Below, piece by piece: positions 12,990 through 26,449 of a stretch of DNA of 64,000 nucleotides. A program made the translations under genes and the position numbers. Location of the stretch: contig OX597817.1 of NCBI GenBank assembly GCA_951406725.2, positions 45,508,001-45,572,000 of the forward strand, written 5' to 3'. Positions within the stretch are counted from its first letter, which is position 1; the number at the start of each line of letters is the position of its first letter. The notes beneath the pieces are model-generated. The model was not told the DNA's origin and did no database searches. It saw nothing but the letters and a program-made list of their open reading frames with translations. Origin of the DNA: Octopus vulgaris (taxonomy: Eukaryota).

Positions 12990-13560
12990 AACGGCTGCAC
13001 TTATCAGCTATGGAGATGAGTCCAGATTTGCTGTATGTTCTGACAGTGATCGAGTCTGGAGATTCTCTGATCAAGAATTTGTCATGAAAAGAGAGCAGCC
13101 AAAATAAAAGGGAGCTATACTGTGATGGTCTGGGGAGCAATTATGAGCAATGGTTCATCAGACCTGGTGGAGTGTGAGTGAAACATAAACTCAGATAAAT
13201 ATGAGTCCATATTGCAAAAAGTGTAATTGCAGTGGTGAAATGATTAAAGCTTCCTTTGTTTATGGGAGATGGCGCTCTTTGTCACACGGCTAAATGTATG
13301 TTGGATAGAAATGTCATTCAAAATCTTCCGTCGCCAAGCCAGTCACCGAATATGAAGGCTATTGAACACCTTTGGGGCATAATTGAGAGGAAAGTTCGTA
13401 AAAAGAAGAAAAAAGCCTCCTCAAATCCTGATGGTGTGAGATAATTGCCTGAAACTTGGCCAAAAATTGTTCAAGAGAATAGTCTTCACCTGATCAGTAG
13501 CATGCATTATAGGACCATAGAATTGAAAAATGTAAAGGGAACGTGTACTGAACATTATAT
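12990..13560 (+). pseudogene. Tc1-like (DD34E) transposase remnant
   Basis: GDESRF, VMVWGA, FMGDGALCHTAK and PSQSPNMKAIEHLWGIIERKV motifs across frameshifts; no TIRs recognised. Confidence 0.85.
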
Positions 13561-13656
13561 ATTCATATTGTAATTATTAATAAATAATTTGAATGTATAA
13601 TTTCAGGTTTAATTAAAATTTTATTGATTATAAGTCTGTCTATTTCCTTCTGTCAT

Positions 13657-14020
13657 GTCTGTGTGGGAAGAAGCTTGCTTCCCAACCACATGGTTCTGGG
13701 TTCAGTCCCACTGCGTGGTAACCTGGACAAGTGTCTTCTACTATAGGCTCGGGCCGACCAAGGCTTTGTCAGTGGATTCGGTAGACGGAAACTGAAGGAA
13801 ACCCGCCCTATATATACGTATATGTTTGCGTGTCTGTGTTTTCCCCCACCATCACTTGGTAACCGTTGGCGTGTTGGTATGTTTACACCCCCGTAGCTTA
13901 GCGGTTCTGCAAAAGAGACAAATAAAAGTACTAGGCTTACAATAAATAAGCCGTGGGGTTAATAGTTCGATTAAAGGCGGTGTGGTCGTATGGCCGTAGT
14001 GAAATGACTGAAACAAATAA
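13657..14020 (+). mobile_element. SINE family A
   Basis: Same head, CORE-like segment and tail as other family A copies. Confidence 0.88.
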
Positions 14021-14101
<81 letters not shown>

Positions 14102-14762
14102 CTTATCATATGTTATTGTATGTTTCTGTGTAAATACATTCAAACGAAATATAATGCAGACAACAAAGAGGAATCAAATATTATCTATTGGATTCAAAGT
14201 ATGTTTTATATCCAAAGTTCTCTGTTTTCAAAGAACGACTAACATTATGTATGAACTTTTACCTACATAACGTTCTGTTGAAACCATAAAGGTAGCGTCT
14301 AAAAAACATCTTGACAATTTACTCATTTAACAGGTGTATAATATAAAATATGGATAAAATGCGGAGAGAAAAGATTCTAGAATTTATTTAGAATTCATAA
14401 ACAGTAATGTATAATGAAAACTATATGGTAGATGCAGTTGTCATAGAAATTGTTATTAAACCATCATTTGAAATTATAATTGATTTATAACAAGAACAAT
14501 AATGGCTTTGGAATAAAATAGGTTAAGGTATTTGACAAATAGAGTTGGTGTTCCTTTGGCACCAAATTGGTTTAGTTAAATTCGGCGTGAGTGATTGATC
14601 TTCATTGTTGGTGGTTTTCGAGTTACAAATTTAAATAATTCTAAATAATTTCCCTACGAATAATTCACACTCTTCGGAAAGAAGCCTAAGTTACAGTCTG
14701 CTGATGGTTAGTAACTGATACTTTGAATACACTGTCAATATTAACCCTGTAAATATACATAC

Positions 14763-14793
<31 letters not shown>

Positions 14794-15499
14794 TGTATGT
14801 ATGTATGTGTTTGTGCATACGTGCCTACCTATTCATATATGTATCTAACAATATTCCTATCTCTCTATCTACTTATCTATCAATCTTCCTATCTATCTAT
14901 TCCACTTAGAACTGTATGTCGGCACACCGACTTAATTCTAAATGTATCCCGATTCACGCTACAAGTGAATGTGGCATAATACTCACCGTTTGAAGAAAAA
15001 TAATGCCAATTAGACAGTTCTTTTAGCCCTGAGAAATGAGAATAGTACACCTAGTTCCATATTAGTTGAAAGGATAACGAGGGATCACCCACTTCTATTT
15101 ATCAATCCGACAAAACTACGAATTATATGAAACGTAAGTCAACTTAAAAGAATTTTCGATTTTTTCACAATCGTGCAGGACTTGTTTTCATAACGATTGT
15201 ATTAATAAATTATAATTTATAACTAAGTATGTATAATGGATCTTATATAACACATATAACAACAATTAAAAGTAAATTTTGGTTTATCGTTTTGCAGACG
15301 CTGTCAACATTTATTATCAGGAGATTGCTAAACACAGTATCACATTTAGACACAAACGGAGCGACAATACATTTGGACAGTCATTCAATGGGCAACTCAA
15401 AGTATACAATTATATTTATATTTTCTCAAGTTTCTTGCATCTAACTTATATATATGCACACACACATACATATGCACACACACACGGCACACATATTGC

Positions 15500-15572
15500 G
15501 CTACGTTACGGGTCATAAACACACCAGCAGCGGTTGACAAGCGATGTTATAGAGACAAACAGACACACAAAC

Positions 15573-15610
<38 letters not shown>

Positions 15611-15773
15611 GACAGGCTTCTTTCAGTATCCGTCTACCAAATCCACTCACAAGGCTTTGGTCGGCCCGAGGCTATAGCAGAAGACACTTGTCTAAGGTTC
15701 CACGCAGTGGGACCGACCCCGGAAGCATGTGGTTGGTAAGCAAGCTATTTACCACATAACCACTCCTGTGCCT
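15500..15773 (-). mobile_element. SINE family A, 3'-truncated
   Basis: Head GGCACAGGAGTGG.. and CORE-like part visible on the minus strand. Confidence 0.85.
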
Positions 15774-16395
15774 ATGACCTGGATATTTTGACTCGCGATC
15801 ATTTGCTGGAATGCAACATATTGCATTCCAGCAAAACTGAAGACAACAGATGCGATTCTACACATACTTACTCACATACTCACACTTACCTGTACCTTAC
15901 TGTTTCCCACTCTGTCTCTCTATGTCACTGCCGATGTTCTTGTATATATGCGTGCGTGTTTGTGCACATGCTTTGTCTACGGTGCTTAATATGCTTAACC
16001 TCACTAACATGAAAGTGGAACAAACGGATTTTATCTGACAGGTATATATGTCGCTTCATCACAACGTTGATTCCTAATTATGTGAAGCGATAAATGTAAA
16101 GTAGACTTTTTTTTAGGAGTATATGATTTACGTTTGCAGAAGGAATTACTCTGTAGAATAATTTGCGCAGAATATTTCTATGTAAAAATAATCACAATAT
16201 ATTTCTTACTTTTTTCTTCTTACCTTATATTTTGTCTAAAAATCCAGCTGAATCTGCTTTGTAAGCATCGGGAACATGTCAATACTTATATCTAATACGA
16301 ATCCAAAGTCACGTCGGCGCCGACTTAATATTTCTGATATTAGATGTAGAACACATTAGTTTATTAATTTAACAATAAAAAATCAGGCATACACG

Positions 16396-16448
<53 letters not shown>

Positions 16449-16600
16449 ATGGGTGGGTTTATGTAGGCATACAAAATGCTGATATATAAGAATATATTTT
16501 GATGCAAAATCGTTTGGTTTACCGCTTGTTTTCAACAGACGCTTTACTTTGAACATAAAAAGAGCAACAATAAATTTGAAAAGACGAAGATTAAAAAAAT

Positions 16601-16648
<48 letters not shown>

Positions 16649-16707
16649 GTATGTGTGTATACAAATACACACAAACATAAAAGCATCTCCATGCCTCGTC
16701 TGTGAAT

Positions 16708-16850
16708 TATTCTTTTCTACTCTAGGTACATGGCCCGAAGTTTTGGGGGAGGCAGCCAGTCGATTATATCGAACTCAGAACGTAACGGCAGACGCAATAC
16801 CGCTCAGCATTTCACCCGGCGTGCTAACGTTTCTGCCAGGTCGCCGCCTT
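16708..16850 (-). mobile_element. SINE family B (B2 tail) with internal deletion
   Basis: Head GGCGGCGACCTGGCAGAAACGTTAGCACGCCGGG joined directly to the tail ...CCCCCAAAACTTCGGGCCATGTACCTAGAGTAGAAAAGAATA. Confidence 0.8.
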
Positions 16851-17653
16851 CGTGTGAAAATTATCCGCTCATTCTCTGGCCGTGCATCTGTTTGATTTCT
16901 GAATCATATTATTTCATATAACGCTATGCACTCATTTTATACCATGAATTAACTTGCACAACGTCGCTTCCTCCTCCTCCTCCTCCTCTTTTTTCGTCTT
17001 CTTTTCCTTCTTCCTCAGCTTCTCCTCCTCCTCCTTCTTCTTTTTCTTGTATTTTCTCTTATTCTTCTCTCCCTCTCCCGCCGCCTTATCTCTCTGCTGC
17101 ATTCTGTGTCTCTGCCCTCCACCGATCCTTTTCGCCCCGCTCCAGCACTGACATGTGACCTGTGCCCATTCTCAGCCCAACTTTCCTTTTTTTCCCGCTT
17201 ATACGCTGACTTGCTACACCACGCTTCTCCCATCGCCTGACTTTCTTCTTTACTTCCAACACCGAGTTCGTTTCCATCACCGATCGCTTTTTACACCTTT
17301 CGTTCTGCCTTTGCATTTCTTCACTTTCTGTATCAATTCCTATAGGATAGTTTCCATTGTGTTACTTATACACATGTCTTTTGTTGCCACAGAGCCGTGC
17401 GGCTGTTATTTTGTTTGTGCCCTGTATATTTGTTTTGCTCTTTACGTAATATCTTTAGGATTTCAGCTAATTATAGTTCAGATGTTTAGCTACGCTTGCA
17501 ACCATTTTATTTCTCTTTTTCTCATTTTACCATAAAGCTTCTTCTTTCGCAACCCGCATTTTTACTATTCTCCTCCATTATTTTATCTCTACGTATCAAA
17601 CTGTCCGGTCGTCTGCCATCAGTAACTGATTTATTGTCTGCTTAGAATCTAAC

Positions 17654-17960
17654 CAGGGATTCTCAACCATTTCTTATCTATGAATCCCTTTGATTACTAT
17701 TTTCTTTGGTGGATCCACCCGTAGCCATTCGATATTTAAAAACTAGTTTTATAGAAACTTATTCCAAAATTCCTATTTTGTTATTCACACATTAACGGGT
17801 ATAACTTTGAACTATGAGAAACGTCTGAGAAAGCAACTCAACTGCTTCTTGCAAAAAATACATGCCAAGCAAAATTTTTTATAGGGTCCTTCAAATACCA
17901 TAGTGGATCCCCAATTTACTCTTTTGTTGCATGGTCCCCTAAAAGCCTTATATAGGGCCT
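17654..17960. mobile_element. Possible hAT/Charlie-type MITE, only one terminus visible
   Basis: Starts CAGGGATTCTCAACC, resembling Charlie-type TIR CAGGGGTTCTCAACC; matching right TIR not found. Confidence 0.35.
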
Positions 17961-18471
17961 TGTTAGGTAGAATACGTTGATCACATGTGGCGTTAGCTTC
18001 CAACACACTGACTTCAGCGTTCTTCCTTTTTCCTCTCCTTTTTTCCTTCTCTGTCTGTGTTCATTCCCTCGTCTCAGAAGTCCTCCTCCCTATCACTACT
18101 ATTCGTTCCTCAACTCTTTCCTCTCTTCGTTCAAACTTTTAAATATCTGGAACTAACATATCAACTGCTTTTACCAATCTTCATATAAGAATGACCAGGC
18201 TTCTGATAATACCTCTGCGTTACTCTTTAATATTTGAATACGCACGCCTTTCTCGTATATTCCAACTGTAAATTATGGCTATTATGATTATCACGTGGCT
18301 CCGAGGTTTCTCACACGGCTGTTGAGTTAAGTAATTATAAACCTTGCTCATATTTCTCTATAATGCTTATATTCCATGTAAATATAAATGTGTATATATA
18401 TGCGTGTGTGCGTGTGTGCGTTTGTGTGTGTGTGTCGGCGTGTATGTGTATATGTACGCGTGTCTACGCGT

Positions 18472-18762
18472 GCGAAGGCGCGTAACTTAGTGGCTCAAGA
18501 TCGTAAGGACTTGGCTTCCATTCTCCGCCTTGGGCTGTGCACTTGAGTAAGTTATTATATTTCGCGTTGCTTCAGTCCAATAATCTTGCAAAAATGAGTA
18601 GCACATGTATTCCATATGGCCGGCTTTGTCACATTCTTTGTCACGCCGAATCTCTCTGCGTGTACGTATGCCGGTGGAGCGCTCGGTGACTTTGGCGTTA
18701 ATCTAACGTGCAGAATGTTCCATTGATAGCATCAACTGGAACACGCGCCATTCTAACGAAAG
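18472..18762 (+). mobile_element. Old SINE family C variant (middle M2 plus tail T1)
   Basis: Diverged match to the 3' tail of 52530-52915 (GCCGGCTTTGTCAC...CGTTAAT...TCAACTGGAAC); middle resembles 46195-46472. Confidence 0.65.
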
Positions 18763-19439
18763 CATTATCAGTTATATACATGGATACACACATACAAACT
18801 CACTTACGTACACACACACACATATGCATGTATGTATATATATATATGAATATATATGTAGCTGTATATGTTTGTATATAGTGTATATATATATATATTT
18901 ATATATATGTATATATGAATTTATATTTATATATATATGTATATATACATGCATATATGAATATATATATATATATACATATATAAAGAATGAGAGAGAG
19001 AGACTGATAGAAAGTAGATGAGAGACACGTTGGTAGTTGGTATACGATTAGATTTGTTACTTCAAAAGTTGATTGAGTTTATAAGTGGTTAATTGATTGA
19101 TTGATAGTATTAAATATTTAAGCGCGTAGAGACTACTTCTCAAACGGAACAAAGGACATCAGAGAAACAAGGTGGCAATATATTTTTCGTTATCAAATTA
19201 TGCATTTGTAAATCAGAAATGCATTTGAAGTAATCGTGAACTCTCCGAATATACATTTTGAGTGTCAGATATTGGGAGCGTCATTGAGTTCAAACTCCAA
19301 CGAGATTGGCTCCCAATTACAATTATGTATATGTAAGGATATTGAAGGTGATGTTTATTATCACGTTCCTTTTCTCTAAGATTGTCATGAATAACAATCC
19401 TGTGTTATGAAATGGGACTGGAAGAAAAGTAGATAATGA

Positions 19440-19520
19440 AAACGTGTGCCACACCATCATCGGTTGTCAAGCGACGTTGGGGGGCCAAACACTGATACAC
19501 AAAGACTTACACACACACAA

Positions 19521-19561
<41 letters not shown>

Positions 19562-19727
19562 TACGACGGCCTTCTTTCAGTTTTCGTTTACCAAATCCAC
19601 TCACAAGGCTTTGGTCGGCCCAAGGCTATAGCAAAAGTCACTTGCCCAAGGTGCCACGCAGTGGGATTGAACCCGGAACCATGTGGTTCGTAAGCAAGCT
19701 CCTTACCTCCCAGCCAGTACTACGCCT
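19440..19727 (-). mobile_element. SINE family A, 3'-truncated
   Basis: Same sequence blocks as other family A copies. Confidence 0.85.
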
Positions 19728-20485
19728 AGTGATGTTTAATTTCGAAAAGAAAAAAGACTACCCATCCGCTAGAATATGAGGCCGTTGAAATTTCAGTTCT
19801 AGTTACAAGGAGTCTTGCGAAAGATTCAGAAGTGAGTAGAGGAGAATTGTTGCATGTGGATAATTAGGCATAGTAATTAAGGCCGTCGAGGAATTTTGCC
19901 CAAAGAATTTTTTATTACGGAAACGTAAGAACTTATGGCATAAGTAGCGGTTTTAGGGAGTGAATGCGCAGTGCTGGCAAAATAATCTTTTGGAAAATAG
20001 ATGTTACGAAATGGAAGCATCGCCGGGAAAGAAAACTTTCCTTAGAACATTACCTTCTTCCCGCCCAGCAGTGATGAGGATTCTTGAGTACTAATGCAGA
20101 GTTTTATCATTGTGGACGTAACACATTGTTGGAGTCGTCTGCTAGCGTGTTCGTCAGCAAAAAAAAAAAAAAAAAAAAAACAATGTTAAGCTGTATTCTG
20201 CCATTTTTGCTCAAAGAAGGCAAAAGTGAATACATACGAACAAAAAGAAAGAAAAACGAAGATTCTGATACGTGGGTAAGTTAATGGCTACAAAATGAAA
20301 TTGCATTTGAAGCAAGCTTTCAGGTTCCAAATGCTGATGGCAATTATGAAGCAAAGATTTGCCGTAAGAAATAGTCTGAGTTCATCCCGAAATTGATTAT
20401 TGATTGGTTGGGGAATAGCTTAGGCGGGTAATATTTGATATCCACTTTAACCCGTAGGATTTTCAGATAGATGTATATGAGGCAA

Positions 20486-20785
20486 GTGGAGGCACAATGG
20501 CCCAGTGGTTAGGGCAGCGGACTCGCGGTTTTGATTCCCAGTGAGGGCGTTGTGAATGTTTATTGAGCAAAAACACCTAAAGCTCCACGAGCTTCCGGCA
20601 GGGGTGGGTGTAACGATACCTGCTGTACTCTTTCGCCACAACTTTCTCTCACTCTTTCTTCTGCTGGCCTGCTAGCTTAGCCAGCGGGGTTGTGTCATTT
20701 GAAGGCTAAAACAATGTGAAGCGCATTGTGACCAGCGATGTGTAGCAACCCCTGATAGCCTAGTCGGTCACGGTGATCATGGCGA
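20486..20785 (+). mobile_element. tRNA-derived SINE family C (middle M1 plus tail T2)
   Basis: A box TGGCCCAGTGG; 12-bp TSD TATATGAGGCAA / TATATGAAGCAA; matches 33480-33777. Confidence 0.88.
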
Positions 20786-21121
20786 TATATGAAGCAAAGG
20801 GAGTCTAGTGTACGGTGACTGCCGAAAATGAACGTTGTCAACGAAAACAATCTTCATAGCTGTTATTAGGATTAAGGAGCAATAGCAGAGTGAAGATTTG
20901 CTAATAAAAAGATATGCAGAATGGTGTTCCGTGTTGCGTATGACTTATACAACTGAGCGAACGAAAACTTTTTTATCCGTAGTTGTATACTGCTTGTGCA
21001 CAGGGGTAATGTACGATTATGATCTCAAGCCGAGAGGAGATAAAGTGGGAATTTAGAAGCGTCAGAGGTACATAAACAAACGTAAAGGTCGTTTCTTTCT
21101 TTTAAATTTTAAACTTTTCAA

Positions 21122-21196
21122 TCAGCGAAATGAACGTAGCTGAAGCACGTCCTTCATTGTTTGTGGTATCCCAGCATCCTCAGTAAATATTTCTCT
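21122..21196 (-). other. Candidate exon (acceptor TTATTTTCAG, then REIFTEDAGIPQTMKDVLQLRSFR*)
   Basis: Good acceptor and a non-repetitive segment, but no partner coding exon found; may be non-coding. Confidence 0.25.
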
Positions 21197-21270
21197 CTGA
21201 AAATAAATTCTATTAGTGCGATTCGGAGTAAAGCACACTACTTCATTAAAAGTGTATAAATATGTGTATG

Positions 21271-21319
<49 letters not shown>

Positions 21320-21619
21320 GGGTGTATGTGTGTATATGTATACATATATATATGTATATGCTTGTGTATATATAGATATGTGTATAGTTACATGCTAATA
21401 CATGTAGGTACGTACATACACACACACACACAAACGCATACACACATACAAACGCATACACACCTGTATAACGTATACACTTATTTGCATACACATATGT
21501 AAAGAAATGTAAGTATATAAATTTATTTGCATATATCCACATGTGTGTGTGTGAGAGAGAGATGGGCATGCGTGTATATAGGTATATAAAATATTATATT
21601 TATATATATATATATACAC

Positions 21620-21650
<31 letters not shown>

Positions 21651-21680
21651 CATATATACATATATATATATATAAATATA

Positions 21681-21736
<56 letters not shown>

Positions 21737-22221
21737 TATTTATATATACATACATACACATATACATATACGTATGTGTTTGTTTGTGCGTAGCTGTATG
21801 ACTAAATTTGCTGTGTTTTTTTTTTTAATTAACAATGCAGAAGTTATCAAGATAATCTCGCAAAAGTATTAACCCCTTGTAAAATATCTTTCATTCTCTT
21901 CTCAAGTTTTAATATGTCTCATTGCCAGACGAATATGTTAGAAAGCAACCTAAATTTCCTCTGTGTAAAAATACATCTCATTAACACACCATATCTGCCT
22001 AATAATCAGACATATTCTACACATTATTTCAGACATTAATACATAATTTCTACTATTTTTCTTTTTTAATATTCTACCTTTACTCACGTATGTGTTTTTT
22101 CTTACACGAAAATAGCTTAATGAACTGGAGGTTTATGCTGAATCTTTAGAATTTCTACATAGGCTGGATTTATTTTGATTTTATCTTATTATTTATTTCG
22201 TTTTTACTGAAAGTATGTTCG

Positions 22222-22235
22222 GTTACCATGGCAAC
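22222..22235. promoter_or_regulatory. RFX X-box GTTACCATGGCAAC
   Basis: Exact fit to the X-box consensus GTTNCCATGGNAAC, in unique sequence, followed by a CCAAT-like CTGATAGG. Confidence 0.55.
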
Positions 22236-22439
22236 ATGCGCTCTGATAGGTCGGCTAAGCTGATACCAAATCGATAATGTGTTTATCACAAGGAAAAATC
22301 GATTCGTGTGAAGTACAGTGGGTAAGCAAGTAAGAAATTGGTTGATATATTAATTACGCTTTTAATAACTCAAAGAAGAGAAAGAGTAAGTAAAGTAGGT
22401 GAATATATATATATGTGTGTATATATACATATATATATA

Positions 22440-22520
<81 letters not shown>

Positions 22521-22784
22521 CATTTGTATATATACACACACATATATATGCAAAAACGTGTGTGTAAGTGTATATATAAATATATTCATGTAATGGAATA
22601 TATTGTTCTATATGTGTGTATATATTTATGTGGGTGTGTGTGTCCACATACTGAAAGACACACAGACACACACATTAATATAAGCACACACACACACACA
22701 TGTATATTTGAGTTTGCGTATGTGTATAGGTGGCGTTATGCGAATGTATGTATAGATATGGCAATATCTCAATCCATCTCTATT

Positions 22785-22815
<31 letters not shown>

Positions 22816-23304
22816 TTCTATATATACATATATATATATACATACATATATATATATATATATATATGTATATGTATGTTTGTGCGTGTACATGAATGTG
22901 TGTCTGCACGAGCATAATCATATACGCATGTAAGTTTGGTTATTTGTACAGGAATAAGTTGGTCTGCTGTTCTTCTGTTTGTAAGCATAGTAGTACGATA
23001 CAACGAATATATTCATCATAATACGTAAAAATATATACACGATGATATAATATAAATGTACATTATAAAACCGTCTACGTGTTTTACTGTATGTTGAGAG
23101 CTAAAATAAATAATTAATATTCTGTCGCCAGCATTTTGCTCTTATACTGCCGATCATATATTTTATGTTTGCATATAATTATATAGATTGAGACACATAT
23201 GTACCCACGCACACACAGACACACATATATATATCGGTATATGTATATAAACACAGAGATATATATGTATGAGATTTTATCTATATACATATAGACATAC
23301 ATAT

Positions 23305-23359
<55 letters not shown>

Positions 23360-23403
23360 ATATATATGAAGATACATATACTTATTACACACACACACAG
23401 ACC

Positions 23404-23451
<48 letters not shown>

Positions 23452-23857
23452 CACGTACATATATATACACATATGTGGATACATATATATTACAATTTAT
23501 CACATATTATTTAATAGTTACATACACACACACGCCTATACTCTATCAATTTATCTATCTATCTAAGTAGCTAGCTAGCTAGCTAAATATATATACATAT
23601 ATATATATATATTTAGTTGCAGATGAATATGGTAATAAAGTTGAGACACCAGAATTTAGTGCGCTATTATCCAGACAATTTCAAAATAACGTGATTAAAA
23701 TCAAAATAAGCAACAAGGATATCTGTCTATTTCGATTATATATAGATATATATATTTATATACATACATACAGAGAGAGAGAGAGAGAGAGAGAGTGAGT
23801 GCGAGAGAAGGTATATATATATATATATATATTAATATATAGAGCACTTAATATTTT

Positions 23858-23914
<57 letters not shown>

Positions 23915-24550
23915 GAGCGTGTATGTGTGGGGGGCGGTTCAATCGATATGTTTATACGTAACCATGCTCCTACATGTGTGTAATGATGTATATATACTCA
24001 TATATGCATTCATGCCACAAAGAAGCGTATCCCATAGTTTAACGCATTCGAAGAAGGTAATATGCAGTAATATATATATATGTATATATTTGTTGTGAGA
24101 GAAACAGAGAGAGAAAGAGTCAGTGTGTCTGTGAGTGTAAGCGTGTGTATGTTTTTGTGTGTGAGTACGTGTGTGTGTGTACATGGGCGCTTGTGTGTGC
24201 GCATGTGCTTGTATGTGTGTGTGAAGTAAGTGACAATTTACTTTGCGTAGTGGATAGAGTTTGGATCGTAATGCTCTGGAATCAATTAATGGGTCGACTG
24301 GTTTTCTCCGTCATTGTACATGCTACTTCCTTTGACTTTCATTCTGTCTTCTCTCCTTAAAATGAGTAAGAGGTAAGTGCTTGTGCGACCCCTTCTTCAC
24401 AGCCCATCCACTACGGAAATCATTAATACCCAGCTTGGTCAATGGGGCGGGGTTAGTTCTGCTATTAGATATACTAGGTGCTACGACAATGTATGAAAAC
24501 ATGATATAAATTACCACCCTTTAAGTAGGTCGTGGCCACGATTAACACAC

Positions 24551-24592
<42 letters not shown>

Positions 24593-24604
24593 ACACATAT
24601 ATAT

Positions 24605-24755
24605 TGGCTGCGTGGTAAGAAGCTTGCCTCTCAACCACATGGTTCCGGGTTCGAAGGCACGGCGTGGCATCTTGAGCAAGTGTTTTCTACTATAGCCTCG
24701 GGCCGATCGGAGAATTCTGAGTGGATTTGGCAGAAGGAAAGTGTAAGAAGCCCGT

Positions 24756-24821
<66 letters not shown>

Positions 24822-25040
24822 AATATATGTATATATGTATGTATTTTTTGTCTGTGTTTGTTCCCCAACCATCACTCGACAAACGATGTTGGCGTTTTTG
24901 CGTGACCGTAACATTAGCGGTTGAGCAATAGTGATCGATAGAATACGTACTAGACTTACAAAGAATAAGTCCTGGGATCGATTTGTTCGACTAAAGGCTG
25001 TGCTCCATCATGATCGGAGTAAAATCACTGAAGCAAAACA
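24605..25040 (+). mobile_element. SINE family A
   Basis: Head, CORE-like segment, internal (TA)(TG)n and tail present. Confidence 0.88.
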
Positions 25041-25146
25041 AATATGCATACACGCGCGCACGCATACACACATACTCACACACACATACGTATATATTAA
25101 TATAATCTGAAGAATCCACTAGGGTGGATGCACGCGCTGATATATA

Positions 25147-25541
25147 TCTTTATATATAAAAGTCAAGTTGTGTGTCTGTCTCCTACGAATTAGATTCCTA
25201 ACTACTCCCACATTTTGCGATGCAGTTTAACCAAAACCGGGTATCTTATAGTCGTGATTCATATCGAGCCCTTCTGGGTATTAGCGCGCGTCTACGATGA
25301 GTCTACGATTTCAAAAAAAATTTACCATTATTTTTTCCATTTTAATGCATTTTTTCGCTATTAAAAAAAGGGAAGTAACTCTCTAAAAATGTCTACGATA
25401 AATCAACGATTAAAAAAATATTGCCATCATTTTTTTACCATTTTTAATGCATTTTTTGTTATTTTTTGGCTATAACTCTGTAAAAATGCTTATATAGTTA
25501 TTTCCCTTACAAACCTAAGCAACGCCGGGCGATACTGCTAG
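25147..25541 (+). mobile_element. Non-autonomous Helitron
   Basis: A^TCTTTATATATAAAAG 5' end; 3' GC-rich segment AAGCAACGCCGGGCGATACTG then CTAG^T; no TSD; ends shared with 39524-39915. Confidence 0.85.
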
Positions 25542-25946
25542 TAATTTATAAAATTTATAAAATCCTGTAAATATAAAGCCATCCAGATTTCTAAGTACTT
25601 TATTTCTTCTAAGATTAATATAATTATATGTGCGTATTCAGCAGTATAAGTGTGAAGCAGTGTTTAGTCACAAGGGAAGCTGATGTTCCTTAACTCATGT
25701 TTGTGACATTCTTCAAGTTGTAAAAGAAAATTCACTGCAGCTACCGAGAAGAAAAAAGATATGTTTAAGTATAAAAACACCATATTTATCCTGTGTTACA
25801 CTCTGCCTCATTTCCCCATAGAGGGCTTCTAGCGCTTTCGTCATTGGCAATCGGACAGGGGACAATCGCGAAAACTGCAGTGGATTTGCCTGTAAATTTT
25901 CAAATATGTCACAAACATTTTAAATAAACAAAAATTCATACACATA

Positions 25947-26350
25947 GGCACAAGAGTGGCTGTGTGGTAAGTAGCTTCCTTACCAACCACATGGTTCTGG
26001 TTTCATTTTCCCCTCGTGGCGCCTTGGGAAAGTGTCTTCTACTATAGCTTCGAGCCGAGCAAAGCCTTGTGAATGGGTTTGGTAGACGGAAACTGAAAGA
26101 AGCCCATCGTATATATGTATATATATATGTATGTGTGTGTATATGTTTGTGTCTGTGTTTGTTCCCCCAACATCGCTTGACAACCAACGGTGGTGTGTTT
26201 ACGTCCCCGTAACTTAGTGGTTTGGCAAAAGACACCGATAGAATAAGTAATAGCCTTCCAAAGAATTCTTGGGGTCGATTTGCTCGACTAAAGGATGTGC
26301 TCAAGCATGGCCGCAGTCAAATGACTGAAACAAGTAAAAGAAGAAAAGAA
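25947..26350 (+). mobile_element. SINE family A, full length
   Basis: Complete from head to the GAAACAAGTAAAAG tail. Confidence 0.92.
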
Positions 26351-26449
26351 ATGTATATGTATATGCGTATGTGTGGGTGTCTGTGTGTGATAGATCGATC
26401 GATCGATAGATAGATAGATAGATAGAGAGAGTGAGAGAGAGAGGGGGGG

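Noticed and set aside
16954-17535. 126-aa hydrophobic ORF and neighbours
   Set aside because: Derived from a pyrimidine-rich low-complexity tract; no domain features.
25655-25889. Minus-strand exon candidate after TTTACAG with a ~73-codon open frame
   Set aside because: No recognisable protein similarity and no clear donor or partner exon.
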